The translations under genes were made by a program, and so were the position numbers. This document shows positions 8,360 to 18,617 of a DNA stretch of 33,689 nt, piece by piece. The first letter of the stretch is position 1. Each line of letters starts with the position of its first letter. The notes under the pieces were generated by a model, which was not told the DNA's origin, made no database searches, and worked only from the letters and a program-made list of their open reading frames with translations. This stretch comes from a virus. Lineage: Duplodnaviria > Caudoviricetes. The DNA lies in IMG/VR virus record IMGVR_UViG_3300049202_000053, positions 1 through 33,689 of that record. One strand, 5' to 3'.

Positions 8360-8556
8360 CACCAGTAGTTTTCCGGACATATGGCGTCCATGGTGGACCA
8401 GTTCACATTATTGTTGAAAGAATTACGCACTGGGAAGAAGTCAGCTACAACGGGAGAAGCGGCACACTAATACACCTTGATACAGGTGAATCAGTGACAG
8501 TTGATGCCTGGGGAACTGACGTAAGTAAAAAAGTGACTGAAGCACAGAAGGCTTAA
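8356..8556 (+). CDS. Hypothetical protein
   Basis: Coupled by ATGA; GGGGGA SD. Confidence 0.65.
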   Translation: MTPVVFRTYGVHGGPVHIIVERITHWEEVSYNGRSGTLIHLDTGESVTVDAWGTDVSKKVTEAQKA

Positions 8557-8559
8557 AAC

Positions 8560-8823
8560 ATGGACCAGAAAACGAAGCAGTACTTAGAAACAAAAATAAG
8601 AATTTGCCAATGTCTGCTGGATGGCAGAATTTTTCATGTGAAAAATTCAGAAATAGACTGTGTGCCTGTTGAAGTCATGACAAAGACGGCAGCGAAAAAG
8701 AAGGGACTGGTTTTAAAGCGTGGAGCTAAGAAAGTAGGTACATGGGATTTTCAATTAGGCGCAAACAGTGCTAGGGCTTGCGGCGATCTATATCTGGCAA
8801 AGAGCTTTAAAAAAGCTGAATAA
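8560..8823 (+). CDS. Hypothetical basic protein
   Basis: 87-aa ORF in the operon; AAGG SD. Confidence 0.65.
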   Translation: MDQKTKQYLETKIRICQCLLDGRIFHVKNSEIDCVPVEVMTKTAAKKKGLVLKRGAKKVGTWDFQLGANSARACGDLYLAKSFKKAE

Positions 8824-8837
8824 GCGAGGTTGTAACC

Positions 8838-9086
8838 ATGCGGATACTATGCCCAACGTGTGCAGCAAAAGCGGTGATCGGGAAAACGGACAGAATCAGT
8901 GTTGGCTACGCAAACCTGTACTGTTCCTGCACGGATCCAGAATGCGGCCACACCTTTGTAAGTACAGTGTCGTTTAGCCACACCTTAAGCCCATCGTCAA
9001 AAACAGCCAGTGAATTGGTATCAGCAATGTTCAAAGCGTTGCCGCCAGCCGAGCGCAAAAAGCTGCAGCAGGAACTGTTGTTTTAA
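8838..9086 (+). CDS. ogr: Ogr/Delta-family zinc-finger late-gene activator
   Basis: CPTC...LYCSCTDPECGHTF...SHTLSPS. Confidence 0.92.
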   Translation: MRILCPTCAAKAVIGKTDRISVGYANLYCSCTDPECGHTFVSTVSFSHTLSPSSKTASELVSAMFKALPPAERKKLQQELLF

Positions 9087-9145
9087 TGTGACTGCGCAGC
9101 GCCGAAGCGCTGTGACTTATCGAGTTTAAACAACTGTGACTGGAC
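9087..9145 (+). repeat. TGTGAC-N4-C direct repeats x3, 24-bp period
   Basis: GTGAC at 9088, 9112 and 9136. Confidence 0.75.
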
Positions 9146-9150
9146 GGCAC

Positions 9151-10185
9151 TTAAGCCGCCTTCGTTTTTTCTTCCATATCAAACACCAGTTTTAAATTAG
9201 CTGGCACTTCCGGATCACGCGCCACCGCATCCTGCATGATTTTAATCAAAGGTTTGGTTTCGCTGGTGAAATACACTTCGTTGTATTTAAGCGGGTCGCC
9301 AAGGCCTGCGGTGTTAGTCGGGATCATGCCTCCCAAGCCAGCGGGGAAGCGGTGGGCGTTAAACACGTCCTGCGCACTGATAGACTTAACATGCATAAAT
9401 TCATCCCGACTTTCGAAGTTACCAACCGGAATAATCTGTATGCCGTGTTCTTTACCGTTGGGGATATTCACAAAAAGAGAATTAAAGTTACCAACGCCTT
9501 TGCTGTCCTGAATTTTTTTCTTCAGCTCTACTTCAGTTTGCGGGTCAAGGTTTGGGTCGGTGGCGTACAGAATAAAGCCCATGTGAGCACCGTTGATGTA
9601 GTACCTGCGACGGAACAGAGTAGCGTCTTCACTCAGCATGGCCGACTGTAAGCCGCCCAAATAGTCAGGGCAGCCGTACACCTGTTGCACTGTGTCGTAA
9701 ATCTGGCACCAGATAATGTCGGAGGCCTTATAGCGTCTGATCTCGTTGTTGCGTTCCAGCACTGCACAGCCACCGTCACCAGTTACACGGCTGCGATAGC
9801 TTGGCAAAGGGAAAAGGCGCAACACCTTGCCAAAGCTGTTACGGATTTTTAAAAGAGGAACATCACCGAACTGGACAAGGTTTAGAAAGCCAGAACCCAT
9901 TTGCTGGGCTGTCATGCCGCCGGATATGTAGCGGGATAAAGCCAGATTCGCACGGCTTTGCAAAATGCCACCATGCTGGGCATTACGCCGGGGCAGGTTA
10001 GCCAGCAAATGGCGGTCTATAGGTGGCTCCCAGTAGTCGTATGTTTCGTTGAAATAAAGCGAGTCGTAATCAGTCAGCCACATTTTAGGCATCACGGTTT
10101 CAGGCATACTGAACACCACAGTGCTGGGCTTTTTCTCTGCTTCAGCCGATTGCTGATCAGTGGTGGTAAGTGCTAAATCGACCAT
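9151..10185 (-). CDS. Portal protein (P2 gpQ, PBSX family)
   Basis: [39 protein letters not shown] motifs; position. Confidence 0.95.
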   Translation of the reverse strand: MVDLALTTTDQQSAEAEKKPSTVVFSMPETVMPKMWLTDYDSLYFNETYDYWEPPIDRHLLANLPRRNAQHGGILQSRANLALSRYISGGMTAQQMGSGFLNLVQFGDVPLLKIRNSFGKVLRLFPLPSYRSRVTGDGGCAVLERNNEIRRYKASDIIWCQIYDTVQQVYGCPDYLGGLQSAMLSEDATLFRRRYYINGAHMGFILYATDPNLDPQTEVELKKKIQDSKGVGNFNSLFVNIPNGKEHGIQIIPVGNFESRDEFMHVKSISAQDVFNAHRFPAGLGGMIPTNTAGLGDPLKYNEVYFTSETKPLIKIMQDAVARDPEVPANLKLVFDMEEKTKAA

Positions 10186-11972
10186 GTGGAAGACCTCTTA
10201 TGCTGGTAGTTAATTGGTTCGTTAATGATGGCGTGGCTAAGCGCCCAAAAGCCGTCGGCGTGGCCCACTTTTTCAGAGCGGTCAGCCTTGAATGTCATCA
10301 TCCCGCCGCCGCCGCTCATGCCGCGTTTAATCGCCATAAAAGCGGCGGGTAAATCTTTCATATCCTGATCTAGCTGCAGCCGGTTGCCTTCGACTACATC
10401 AATCATCTTCATCACCAGGCGGTTTTTGTTTTCGTTGCTGTAGTGAATAGCAACAGCTTCGCGGGGGTGCAGGGTGTGAATAATGTCCCAAACGCCAGCG
10501 CCAATACCTGTGGTGTCAACTCCCAGGTAAGTGACGTTGTAGCGCTTAAACACTTTTTCTATTTCGTTGACGTGGTGCTGAAAGTTCAGGCCTTTCCAGT
10601 AGTGCCGTTCAAGGCAGCGGAATTTCTCTATGGCAACAATGGGCGGGGCCACAACCACTAAGCAGGCGTTGTCGCGGGTGCGCGACGGATCATAGCCAAG
10701 CCACACTTCACGATTACCAAAGGGGCGAGCTTCGCCTGGCTTAAAGTCCTGCCATTTAGTGGCATCTATCATCAGCTTAGAAAGCGCATCGAACTTGAAC
10801 ACAGAAGCGGTATCGTCAACGAACACGCACATATAAAGGTTCGCGTAAGCTTCGGGGCTGTATTCCTCTTTCAGTTCTGCCGGGTCAATCAGGTGGCAGC
10901 CCATTGCAACAGCGGTTTCAACGTCAATGATGTAGCGCCATTGCTTATCAGGGCATACACGGCCGCCGTCTTTTAATTCGGCATCGGTAGGGAACTCAAT
11001 AAATTCGCGGGCTTTGTTGTCGCCCTTCCAAACGTCACCCGTCCAGAACGGATAAGCAGGGTGGTTCTTCGCGCTGGGTGTTGAAAAGTAAGTTTTGTGA
11101 AAATGGGTATGGGTAGCACACGCCGTTACAACTTCACTGACCTTTCTAAAGTCCCTGATCCAGAAGTATTCGTCCACATACACGTTGCCAGCGCGGGACT
11201 GTGCAGAGCTTGCGCTGGTAGCTAAAAAGTGAAACTCAGCCCCGTTGCTTAAAACAATCGGGTTGCCTTTGAGCTCAATTTCAAAGAACTCCCACGCTAT
11301 TTTTACAATGTAAGAGCGGAATACTTCGGCCTGAGCGCGTGTTGCTGATATAAAAATCTGATTTTCGCCAGTAAGTACTCCATCCTCAAAAGATTCACCA
11401 GAAAAGCCGTAGGTAGCGCCGATTTGGCGTGACTTCAACACGTTGCGGGTTCGGGGCTTGGTGGGGTCGTTTTTTAAGTCCCGCAATAGCTTTTGGTAAT
11501 CAAATAAACTGTCGACCCAGGTTTCAAAATCTTCCGGCTTTAAGTGGCTGATGTCGTTTTTCTTCTTACTGCCGCCTTTGCCTTTACCGCTGCTTTTGCT
11601 GCCTGATCCACCACCAACATCACCGGCCTTGCTGCTTTGATCTGAATGGCCTTCGCCGTTTGCCTCGGCTGTCGCTTTGCGCTCTGCATCCACCCTTTGT
11701 TTTTTCAGCCGCACATGCTGGTTAATCAGCATGTCCAATTCTTTGATCTGGTTGCCGGTTTTGTCGGCGATATCAGTCAGCAGCACAATGCGGCGGGCTA
11801 TAGCCTCGTCCACTTCTTCTTCGCGCAGCAAATCACGCCAGCCGTGTTTATCCGCCCAGTAATAAATAATCCGGTTGTTGGGTAGCCCTAAGTCGTCGCG
11901 GATCTCGTCAGGCGTCCAGCGCTTTAGATAAAGACGTTTTGCCGCTTCGCGCAGTTCGGGGGAGTAGGCCAT
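10173..11972 (-). CDS. Terminase large (ATPase) subunit (P2 gpP)
   Basis: N-terminal [12 protein letters not shown] Walker A, VYVDEYFW Walker B, GYDPSR, HADGFWA. Confidence 0.96.
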   Translation of the reverse strand: MAYSPELREAAKRLYLKRWTPDEIRDDLGLPNNRIIYYWADKHGWRDLLREEEVDEAIARRIVLLTDIADKTGNQIKELDMLINQHVRLKKQRVDAERKATAEANGEGHSDQSSKAGDVGGGSGSKSSGKGKGGSKKKNDISHLKPEDFETWVDSLFDYQKLLRDLKNDPTKPRTRNVLKSRQIGATYGFSGESFEDGVLTGENQIFISATRAQAEVFRSYIVKIAWEFFEIELKGNPIVLSNGAEFHFLATSASSAQSRAGNVYVDEYFWIRDFRKVSEVVTACATHTHFHKTYFSTPSAKNHPAYPFWTGDVWKGDNKAREFIEFPTDAELKDGGRVCPDKQWRYIIDVETAVAMGCHLIDPAELKEEYSPEAYANLYMCVFVDDTASVFKFDALSKLMIDATKWQDFKPGEARPFGNREVWLGYDPSRTRDNACLVVVAPPIVAIEKFRCLERHYWKGLNFQHHVNEIEKVFKRYNVTYLGVDTTGIGAGVWDIIHTLHPREAVAIHYSNENKNRLVMKMIDVVEGNRLQLDQDMKDLPAAFMAIKRGMSGGGGMMTFKADRSEKVGHADGFWALSHAIINEPINYQHKRSSTWSI

Positions 11973-12014
11973 AGATAAAGTGGTTTGCCCGGTTTTATAT
12001 CAACATGGCCCCAG

Positions 12015-12084
12015 TGTATTGAGTTGCAGACAAGCAATAACTAACTGAAATTCCTACCTATTCCGTTTTAATAAAAATCGGAAT
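12015..12084. promoter_or_regulatory. Divergent late-promoter region with candidate Ogr site and an inverted repeat
   Basis: TGT-N12-ACA at 12015-12032 (P2 Ogr/Delta consensus); ATTCCG...CGGAAT dyad at 12060-12084. Confidence 0.45.
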
Positions 12085-12169
12085 TACGCGTAACTTTGTC
12101 AAGTGATTACCCGTTTACAAAGCCGTAAGCTGCAAACATTAACGCAGATTTACACAAAAGAGCAGACAG

Positions 12170-13096
12170 ATGCCAAAACAAACTGGATGGGTAATAGCAG
12201 CAACCGAAGGCGCAACAGTTGACGGCCGCATTATCAATAAACAGTGGATTGAAGACATGGCAGCCCAGTATTCAACAGACGAATACACGGCGCTGATCTG
12301 GCCTGAACACTTCCGCTCTTCATGGGGACCATTTGAAGGCAAGAACTGGGGCACTGTTGACGAAGTGAAAGCCGCCAAAGAAGGTGGAAAACTGCGCCTG
12401 TTCGTCAAACTAACCGCCAATAACTACCTGCTGGAAGCCAACAAAGACGAACAAAAGCTCTTTATGTCCATTGAGCCAGAGCCGGATTATAAAGGCACAG
12501 GCAAAGCCTACCTGATGGGTATTGCTGTTACTGACTCCCCAGCCAGCACAGGAACAACCAGGCTTAAGTTTTCAGTAGGCGAAACAGCCCACGACTACGA
12601 AGTAAGCCAACTTGAAGAGCTGCTTTTCTCCGACTTCATCAAAGAACAATCAGAACCAACCGAACAAAATCACTCAGCCAAGGAAAAAGGCCTGCTTGCC
12701 GTTATTGCCAACTATTTCAAAACATTCAACACGCCTGATCCGGCAACAGACCCAACCGAGGACGAAGAAATGAAACCAGAACAATTTGAAGCGCTGATGC
12801 AAAAGGTCGGCGGCATTGAATCGAAAGTGAACGAGCTGGAAACCAAATTCAGCAAAGCACCTGAAGGCGACAAGCCTGCGGATAAGCCAGCCGACAAGGT
12901 GGAAGACAAGCCAGCAGATAAACCAGTGGGTGAAGTAACCATCACTGCGGAACAGTTCAGCAAGCTGAATGAAAGCCTGACAGGTTTGGTTCAGAAAGTG
13001 GAAGGCCTTGAAACACAGTTCAAAGCAGCCACTGGTGAAGTGCCAGGCCAAGAGCCTGATAAAGCCGGTAAAGGCGAAACTTATATTCCAGTTTAA
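12170..13096 (+). CDS. Capsid scaffolding protein/protease (P2 gpO)
   Basis: ATEGATVDGR, AYLMGIAVTDSPASTGTTRL; DKPA repeats in the C-terminal part. Confidence 0.95.
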   Translation: MPKQTGWVIAATEGATVDGRIINKQWIEDMAAQYSTDEYTALIWPEHFRSSWGPFEGKNWGTVDEVKAAKEGGKLRLFVKLTANNYLLEANKDEQKLFMSIEPEPDYKGTGKAYLMGIAVTDSPASTGTTRLKFSVGETAHDYEVSQLEELLFSDFIKEQSEPTEQNHSAKEKGLLAVIANYFKTFNTPDPATDPTEDEEMKPEQFEALMQKVGGIESKVNELETKFSKAPEGDKPADKPADKVEDKPADKPVGEVTITAEQFSKLNESLTGLVQKVEGLETQFKAATGEVPGQEPDKAGKGETYIPV

Positions 13097-13150
13097 TCGC
13101 TGCCAGTCAGCACTTAAACCTTAGTCAAAACTTAGCAGCGAGAACAGAAC

Positions 13151-14179
13151 ATGAATTTAACTAAAATCGCATTAGCGTGCGTGCTGGCATACAGCTCAGC
13201 AATGGCGAAAGCCTACGAAACACCAGATACCAGCAAACAATTTGCTGTCACTGGCCCAATGGAAACTAAATTACGTGCCGCCATTCTGGATTCAGTGGAA
13301 TTTTTAAAACTGATCACATGCATGGACGTCGACCAAATTAAAGGACAGGTCGTCAGTGTTGGTAATACCGGCATTGCAACGGGCCGTTCGTCCACTGGTC
13401 GATTTGTTACAGGTCAGGGCGTAGACGGCAACGAATACGAACTGAAAGAAACTGATTCATGCGCTTATGTTGACTGGGCAACGCTGGCGGTGTGGGCAAA
13501 TGCGGGTAGCGAACGTGAGTTTATGAAGCTCATGTCAGAAAACGCCACCATGCGATTTGCTCTGGACATTCTGCGTGTTGGCTTTAACGGCACATCAGCC
13601 GCGGCCAACACAGACCCAGTGGCAAACCCATTAGGTCAGGACGTGAACAAAGGCTGGCACCAACTGGTAAAAGATAAAGCGCCAGACCAGATCATGGTTG
13701 AAGACATTTACTTCAACCCGGACGCAACAGGCGAACTGGAAGACGGCGAATATAAAACGCTGGACGCCATCGTCACCGAATTAAAGTTAACGCTGATCCC
13801 TGAACAGTTCCGTAACGACCCGCGCTTAGTTGTGCTGGTGGGCAGCGACTTAATTGCTGCGGCTCAAATCAAGCTGATGAATCAGGCCGACAAACCAACC
13901 GAGCGCGTTGCCGCCCAAATGATGGACAAGTCTATCGGTGGTTTACGTGCTTATACGCCGCCTTTCTTCCCAGGTAAACGCATCGTTGTAACCATGCTGC
14001 AGAACCTGCACTGCTACACCCAAAAAGGCACTCGTTCGCGCAAATCTGAAAACGTGGAAGACCGCAAACGCTGGGAAGACAAGTACTGGCGCTTTGAAGG
14101 CTATGCAGTGGACGAATATCTGGCATATGCCGCAGTAGACGAAGCAGCAATGAATATCGGCCCAGCTCCGGCACCTTAA
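13151..14179 (+). CDS. Major capsid protein (P2 gpN)
   Basis: FALDILRVGFNGTS, NPLGQDVNKGW, PPFFP motifs. Confidence 0.96.
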   Translation: MNLTKIALACVLAYSSAMAKAYETPDTSKQFAVTGPMETKLRAAILDSVEFLKLITCMDVDQIKGQVVSVGNTGIATGRSSTGRFVTGQGVDGNEYELKETDSCAYVDWATLAVWANAGSEREFMKLMSENATMRFALDILRVGFNGTSAAANTDPVANPLGQDVNKGWHQLVKDKAPDQIMVEDIYFNPDATGELEDGEYKTLDAIVTELKLTLIPEQFRNDPRLVVLVGSDLIAAAQIKLMNQADKPTERVAAQMMDKSIGGLRAYTPPFFPGKRIVVTMLQNLHCYTQKGTRSRKSENVEDRKRWEDKYWRFEGYAVDEYLAYAAVDEAAMNIGPAPAP

Positions 14180-14187
14180 GAAAAAAC

Positions 14188-14214
14188 AGCCAGGCACTGA
14201 TCAGGTGCCTGGCT
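14188..14214. terminator. Hairpin after the capsid gene (terminator or stabiliser)
   Basis: AGCCAGGCAC-TGATCAG-GTGCCTGGCT, 10-bp stem; upstream A-run, weak downstream U-tract. Confidence 0.6.
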
Positions 14215-14263
14215 ATTTCATAAACCGGATTTTAGTGAATCGCACAACAGCAGGAATAAAGCC

Positions 14264-15019
14264 ATGGGCGCAATTGCAGATTTTAAAAAACGCCGTGCCG
14301 CAGAACGCGCACAGCAAGCCAATGTAAAAACCGCACAACAGCAGGTTAGCGAAACCAAAGCGCCTGAAAACGAAGCACTGGCACTGCTGGCGGCTTTGAT
14401 CGGTGTTAATCCTGAAAACGCCATTGAAGCAGCAAAGGAACTCGCTGAAAAAGAATATGTGGTTGTTGATCAAGACCAATTGGTAGAGCTGGAAAAAGCA
14501 GTAGACAACGCAAAATTTGAATCAGCAGAACGGCTGGATTTATTGGCTGAGCTGCTTGGAGTTGATGAAGCCGTAGCTGTTACTCAGGCAAAAATTCTGA
14601 TTGGAAAAGGCGGATATTTTGCCGGGCTAACCGAAGAACAGCGGGAAGCAGTTATGCATCAAATCGGCGTCGACTTAGCCAGTGGCGAAGATAAAACCGT
14701 CATTGCCAATGTAAAAGGCGGCCAAATCGAAAGCATTACCGAACTGGCCAAGCAAACAGCCACTGATCTGGAACAAAGCGCCGGTGCAGTGGAAGGCGCA
14801 GCCGATGCCGTAACAGGTGCCGCTGAACAAGTGGGAAGTGCAGCTGCTGATCTGGAAGGAACAGCCAACCAGTTAGCCTACACGGCCGAAGATATTGGCC
14901 AGGTAACAGCTGATCTGAAAGAAGCGACAGCCGAATTAAAAAAGCCGTCGGTGGCGCCAGCATCCTCGCGTGGAAAAACAGACGCCAAGGCGAAAAGCAG
15001 CTCGAAAAAGTCAGGCTAA
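14264..15019 (+). CDS. Ala/Glu-rich protein; probable 0-frame product of a frameshifted terminase small-subunit gene
   Basis: AGGA SD; 251 aa; contains A_AAA_AAG at 14938-14944 in frame. Confidence 0.8.
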   Translation: MGAIADFKKRRAAERAQQANVKTAQQQVSETKAPENEALALLAALIGVNPENAIEAAKELAEKEYVVVDQDQLVELEKAVDNAKFESAERLDLLAELLGVDEAVAVTQAKILIGKGGYFAGLTEEQREAVMHQIGVDLASGEDKTVIANVKGGQIESITELAKQTATDLEQSAGAVEGAADAVTGAAEQVGSAAADLEGTANQLAYTAEDIGQVTADLKEATAELKKPSVAPASSRGKTDAKAKSSSKKSG

Positions 15020-15711
15020 CAGGTAACGCCGAACACGCGCCAAGCCTGCACATACAGCTGATTGAGCTGGAAGCAGACTTAAAGCGCCTGAAAGCCTTTG
15101 AACGCAGGGCCGACAAAATAGCCCACAAACGCGACGTATTGCTACCCAAGTGGCTGCCCATAGTGGACGCCTACTTAACCGAACGGAAGGAAAAGAGTAA
15201 TGAAAAAACGCTTAACGACCATCCTATTTTCGCTTATTGCACTGTCTGGCTGTTTGACACCGGCAACCTGTGCCGAGCTCTTGAATTTGCCTTCTGTGCA
15301 ATCGAATTCGGCCAGCCAATGGCCGGAGACATTCGCCGTAAATGGCCAGGCTTTATTGCAGACACCGTCTTTGACTGGGCAGAGCTGCAAGCTGAGCAAG
15401 GCAACAGCATCGAACCCTATTTCGGAAACGTGTTTCAGCGAGTTATTAAGGACTGGAAACTACCAGAACCCGTTACCGCAAAGTTTTACAAATTCGCGGG
15501 GCTGGCGTTACTACGTGCAAAAAACGGCGACATCACGCCAAGCCACGTTGGCGACATTGAACGGCTTAAACAGGCCGATCAGCTTTTAGAAAAAGCCGCC
15601 AGCCTGCACAAGCACGCGCAGGTAAAAACGGTGAGAAACAAAATTGCAATGCGGATCAGGGCGATTGAAGAACTGACCAGCCAGGGCAAAGAAGTACCGG
15701 AAGAAAAGTAA
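14941..15711 (+). CDS. Terminase endonuclease/small subunit (P2 gpM), -1 frame portion
   Basis: LEADLKRLK...KRDVLLPKWLP, VWLFDTG, AKFYKFAG are gpM-like; sits between N and L. The frame is open from 14914 with no ATG or GTG ahead of the conserved segment. Confidence 0.85.
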   Translation, partial: KAVGGASILAWKNRRQGEKQLEKVRLTGNAEHAPSLHIQLIELEADLKRLKAFERRADKIAHKRDVLLPKWLPIVDAYLTERKEKSNEKTLNDHPIFAYCTVWLFDTGNLCRALEFAFCAIEFGQPMAGDIRRKWPGFIADTVFDWAELQAEQGNSIEPYFGNVFQRVIKDWKLPEPVTAKFYKFAGLALLRAKNGDITPSHVGDIERLKQADQLLEKAASLHKHAQVKTVRNKIAMRIRAIEELTSQGKEVPEEK

Positions 15712-15892
15712 TTAAGGATTAGCTGCAGTGTAGTTAGTGCCGTCTATGCGGTACCCACAAGGAAAATGCAGCACGGGAAAGACTCCCAACCCTCCAGTGC
15801 ACTAGCGGAGTGTTTAGCAGGCGACTGTTAAAAATCACTGTGAAGCTAACTGCACTGAACCTAATTCAACGAGTGAGCAAGCGGGTAAGCAT

Positions 15893-16354
15893 ATGAGCGG
15901 TTTCGGTTTTACATCACCAGCACAGGAAAGCATCACCATTGATGCCAATAGCGGCTGGCCGGAACTATCAACCGAGCAATTTCGCAAAGACCGCCGCATT
16001 CCTGAAATTTTCGAAGAGACAGCACTTGCAGACTCACTCAACCGCAGCGTGGCAGAAATACAGCTGCAGCTGATCAACTATGTAACGAGCAGTAGCGCAG
16101 ACAAGGACGTCCCTTTTACCCTGGGCGAAGGCTTAGCTCCTGATTTCAGTGAGCAGCAAATCAGTATTTACCGGGGCGCTGTATACGCACGTTCCCACGC
16201 CGATTTGCTGGGTTATTTTTCTGCTGTAGACCAAAAAGAGGCTGGAAACAACAAAGCGCAGGATACACCGCAGCAGGACGCAATCCTTGCCCAGTCCAAC
16301 CGTTCAGTGCGTTTGCTGCTGGGACTTGGCCGTGTGGGAGTGCATTCGCTATGA
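15893..16354 (+). CDS. Head completion/stabilisation protein (gpL-like)
   Basis: GWPELS..FR..RRIP, YRGAVYARSHADL; synteny. Confidence 0.88.
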   Translation: MSGFGFTSPAQESITIDANSGWPELSTEQFRKDRRIPEIFEETALADSLNRSVAEIQLQLINYVTSSSADKDVPFTLGEGLAPDFSEQQISIYRGAVYARSHADLLGYFSAVDQKEAGNNKAQDTPQQDAILAQSNRSVRLLLGLGRVGVHSL

Positions 16355-16839
16355 GCCAAACAGTTAGCCAGTTGCAGCAAGTCACCGCCTTTTTACTGGC
16401 CAGCCTGCATCCTTACGTCACCGCCAACACCATAGACGCATGGCAAGAAGGCGGAACACTGATGTTAAGCGGTGAAGACCTTGGCACCGATGGCTATCAG
16501 GTGGCGAAGTGGAAGTACAGAGCCACTATATACATCCAAAAATTCCCGCACCGCAGGGTTTCGCCTTATAACCTGCTGGCCATGCTGTCAGCATTTTTAT
16601 TAGACAGCGATTGGCCGCGTGACCAATACGGCTTAAGTGATCCTGAGCTGGATATAGACGAAGTAAGCAAAGACAACACGGACGTACAGATAGAACTGGA
16701 ACTGATGGACGATATCGACCTGATACCGGATGCAGCAGGGCCAGTGCTGTTTAACGGCCAACGCTACCGCGTGGCATTGGTGCCGGTGAATGTGGCCGAA
16801 GAAGTGGACGTGCAAACACAGCCAGGCGGTGCGTCATGA
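16351..16839 (+). CDS. Tail completion/terminator protein (gpR-like)
   Basis: Synteny after L; size; YRATIYIQKFP motif. Confidence 0.75.
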   Translation: MSQTVSQLQQVTAFLLASLHPYVTANTIDAWQEGGTLMLSGEDLGTDGYQVAKWKYRATIYIQKFPHRRVSPYNLLAMLSAFLLDSDWPRDQYGLSDPELDIDEVSKDNTDVQIELELMDDIDLIPDAAGPVLFNGQRYRVALVPVNVAEEVDVQTQPGGAS

Positions 16840-17495
16840 GCCTGATCATAAAGCCAAACAAGCAACAGGCATTAAACGTCACCATGCAGTTGGCGTTGTT
16901 AAAAATGCCAGCCAATAAGCGCACCCGAATTTTAAAAACGCTGGGCCGTTATGAAAAAGCCTTAGCCCGTAAACGCATCAGCAGCCAAACCACAGTGGAA
17001 GGCACCGCATTTAAAGCCAGAGCCAACGGCAAGAAAGGCCGCATGCTGCAAAACGTGGCAAAAAAATTAGAGCCGTATGTGAAGGGCGCCAACCTGTTAG
17101 AGCTAAAGCACAAAGCCACCTTAACAGGCCGGATTGCTGCACTGCATCAGGAAGGCGGCCGCGAACGCATGACCGCCAGCCGTATGGCCAGAATTCACGG
17201 CGCGCCTGACTACGACGCACCCTGCAGCCGCAGCATGGCAAAAGCCCTAGTGGCCGAAGGCTACAAAGTGCGTAAGGCCAAAGGCAAAGGCTACCGCAAA
17301 GCCACTATCAGCGAAATAAGCGACACCTTAAGTCAAGGTCAGGCAGGTTTAATACTGCGCCAACTGCGTGGCAATCAGAACAAAAAAAGCTGGGATATCC
17401 CAGTAGACGGCCGTCCGTTCCTTGGCGACACCACGCCAAACGTGCAGCGCCAGTTAGTCAGCATCATTGAAAAAATTAACCAGAAAAGGGGCTAA
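16836..17495 (+). CDS. Virion morphogenesis protein (gpS-like)
   Basis: Basic protein; IAALHQEG and C-terminal RPFLG. Confidence 0.8.
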   Translation: MSLIIKPNKQQALNVTMQLALLKMPANKRTRILKTLGRYEKALARKRISSQTTVEGTAFKARANGKKGRMLQNVAKKLEPYVKGANLLELKHKATLTGRIAALHQEGGRERMTASRMARIHGAPDYDAPCSRSMAKALVAEGYKVRKAKGKGYRKATISEISDTLSQGQAGLILRQLRGNQNKKSWDIPVDGRPFLGDTTPNVQRQLVSIIEKINQKRG

Positions 17496-17497
17496 AA

Positions 17498-18604
17498 ATG
17501 TCACTAGGTAAAGTGCAGGTAAACAATTTAAACCAAGGCCAAGGTGACATTACCGCCATCGAACGCCACTTCTTATTTGTAGGTCTGGCAGGTGCTCCAG
17601 GTGAAGAAAGTCAGCTCTTCAGCATTGGCGCGCAAACTGACATTGAAACCGAATTTTCAGCGAGCAACTTGCGAGCCCAGCTTATTGCCGCGCAGTTAAA
17701 CGCCGGTCAAAACTGGACAGCAGCAGTCTACCCACTGGCAGCAGATGAAGATATTTACGACGCAATCACCGCAGCCAACGAAGTACAAAGCTTTGAAATG
17801 GTGGTGTTTTGCGACGTTAGCTCCACAGGTGCCGCGCTCAGTGCTAAGCATGACTACCTGCAAAGCCTGCAGGCCAGCCACGGCCGCTTTGTATCAGGCC
17901 TTGCTGCTATTGCTGGCATTGATGATGAAGCCCAAACATGGAGCCAGTACGAAGCCGCCACCGTGGCCGTACAGGCAGGTATTGCAGCGCATTTACTCGT
18001 ACCAGTGCCACAGCTGCACGGTAACAACGTCGGTGTGCTGGCAGGGCGCTTGTGCAACCGTGCAGTAAGCATTGCCGACAGCCCTATGCGTGTAGCCACA
18101 GGTGCAGTGCTGGGATTAGGTGCAGGACCAGTCGACAGCGCAGATAAACCGCTGACACTGGCCACACTGGAAACCTTAGCCAATGCACGTCTTTCGGTGC
18201 CTCAGTGGTATCCGGATTTAGAAGGCGTGTACTGGGGCGACGGCACCACACTGGAAGCCAACGGCGGCGACTATCAATACATTGAACATCTGCGCCCTGT
18301 GCATAAAGCCAGCCGCGAAGTGCGTATTTTAGCAATCCGCCGCATTGCCAACCGCGCCTTAAATTCAACGCCAGCCAGCATTGAATTAAACAAAGCCTAT
18401 TTCATGCGGCCACTGCGCAACATGAGCAAAAGCACGGTGATTTTAGGCACCCAGTTCCCAGGTGATATTCAGCCACCACAAGACGGTGATATCACCATTG
18501 TGTGGACCAGCAATAAGGCCGTCACCATCTACATGGTGATCCGTCCTTACAACTCACCGAAAGAAATCACCGTCAACATCTTGCTTGATTTAAGCAGCAA
18601 CTAA
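17498..18604 (+). CDS. Tail sheath protein (HP1/K139 type, DUF2586-like)
   Basis: GKVQVNNLNQGQG, GVLAGRLC, IADSPMRVATG, SVPQWYPD. Confidence 0.9.
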   Translation: MSLGKVQVNNLNQGQGDITAIERHFLFVGLAGAPGEESQLFSIGAQTDIETEFSASNLRAQLIAAQLNAGQNWTAAVYPLAADEDIYDAITAANEVQSFEMVVFCDVSSTGAALSAKHDYLQSLQASHGRFVSGLAAIAGIDDEAQTWSQYEAATVAVQAGIAAHLLVPVPQLHGNNVGVLAGRLCNRAVSIADSPMRVATGAVLGLGAGPVDSADKPLTLATLETLANARLSVPQWYPDLEGVYWGDGTTLEANGGDYQYIEHLRPVHKASREVRILAIRRIANRALNSTPASIELNKAYFMRPLRNMSKSTVILGTQFPGDIQPPQDGDITIVWTSNKAVTIYMVIRPYNSPKEITVNILLDLSSN

Positions 18605-18617
18605 GGGAGCCGCCACC

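Noticed and set aside
12869-12925. GAYAAGCCWGC repeats in the scaffold gene
   Set aside because: They encode a DKPA low-complexity linker, common in gpO C-termini.
15139-15711. TTG at 15139 as the true gpM start
   Set aside because: It would cut off the gpM-like segment LEADLKRLK...KRDV encoded upstream in the same frame, and no SD is evident.
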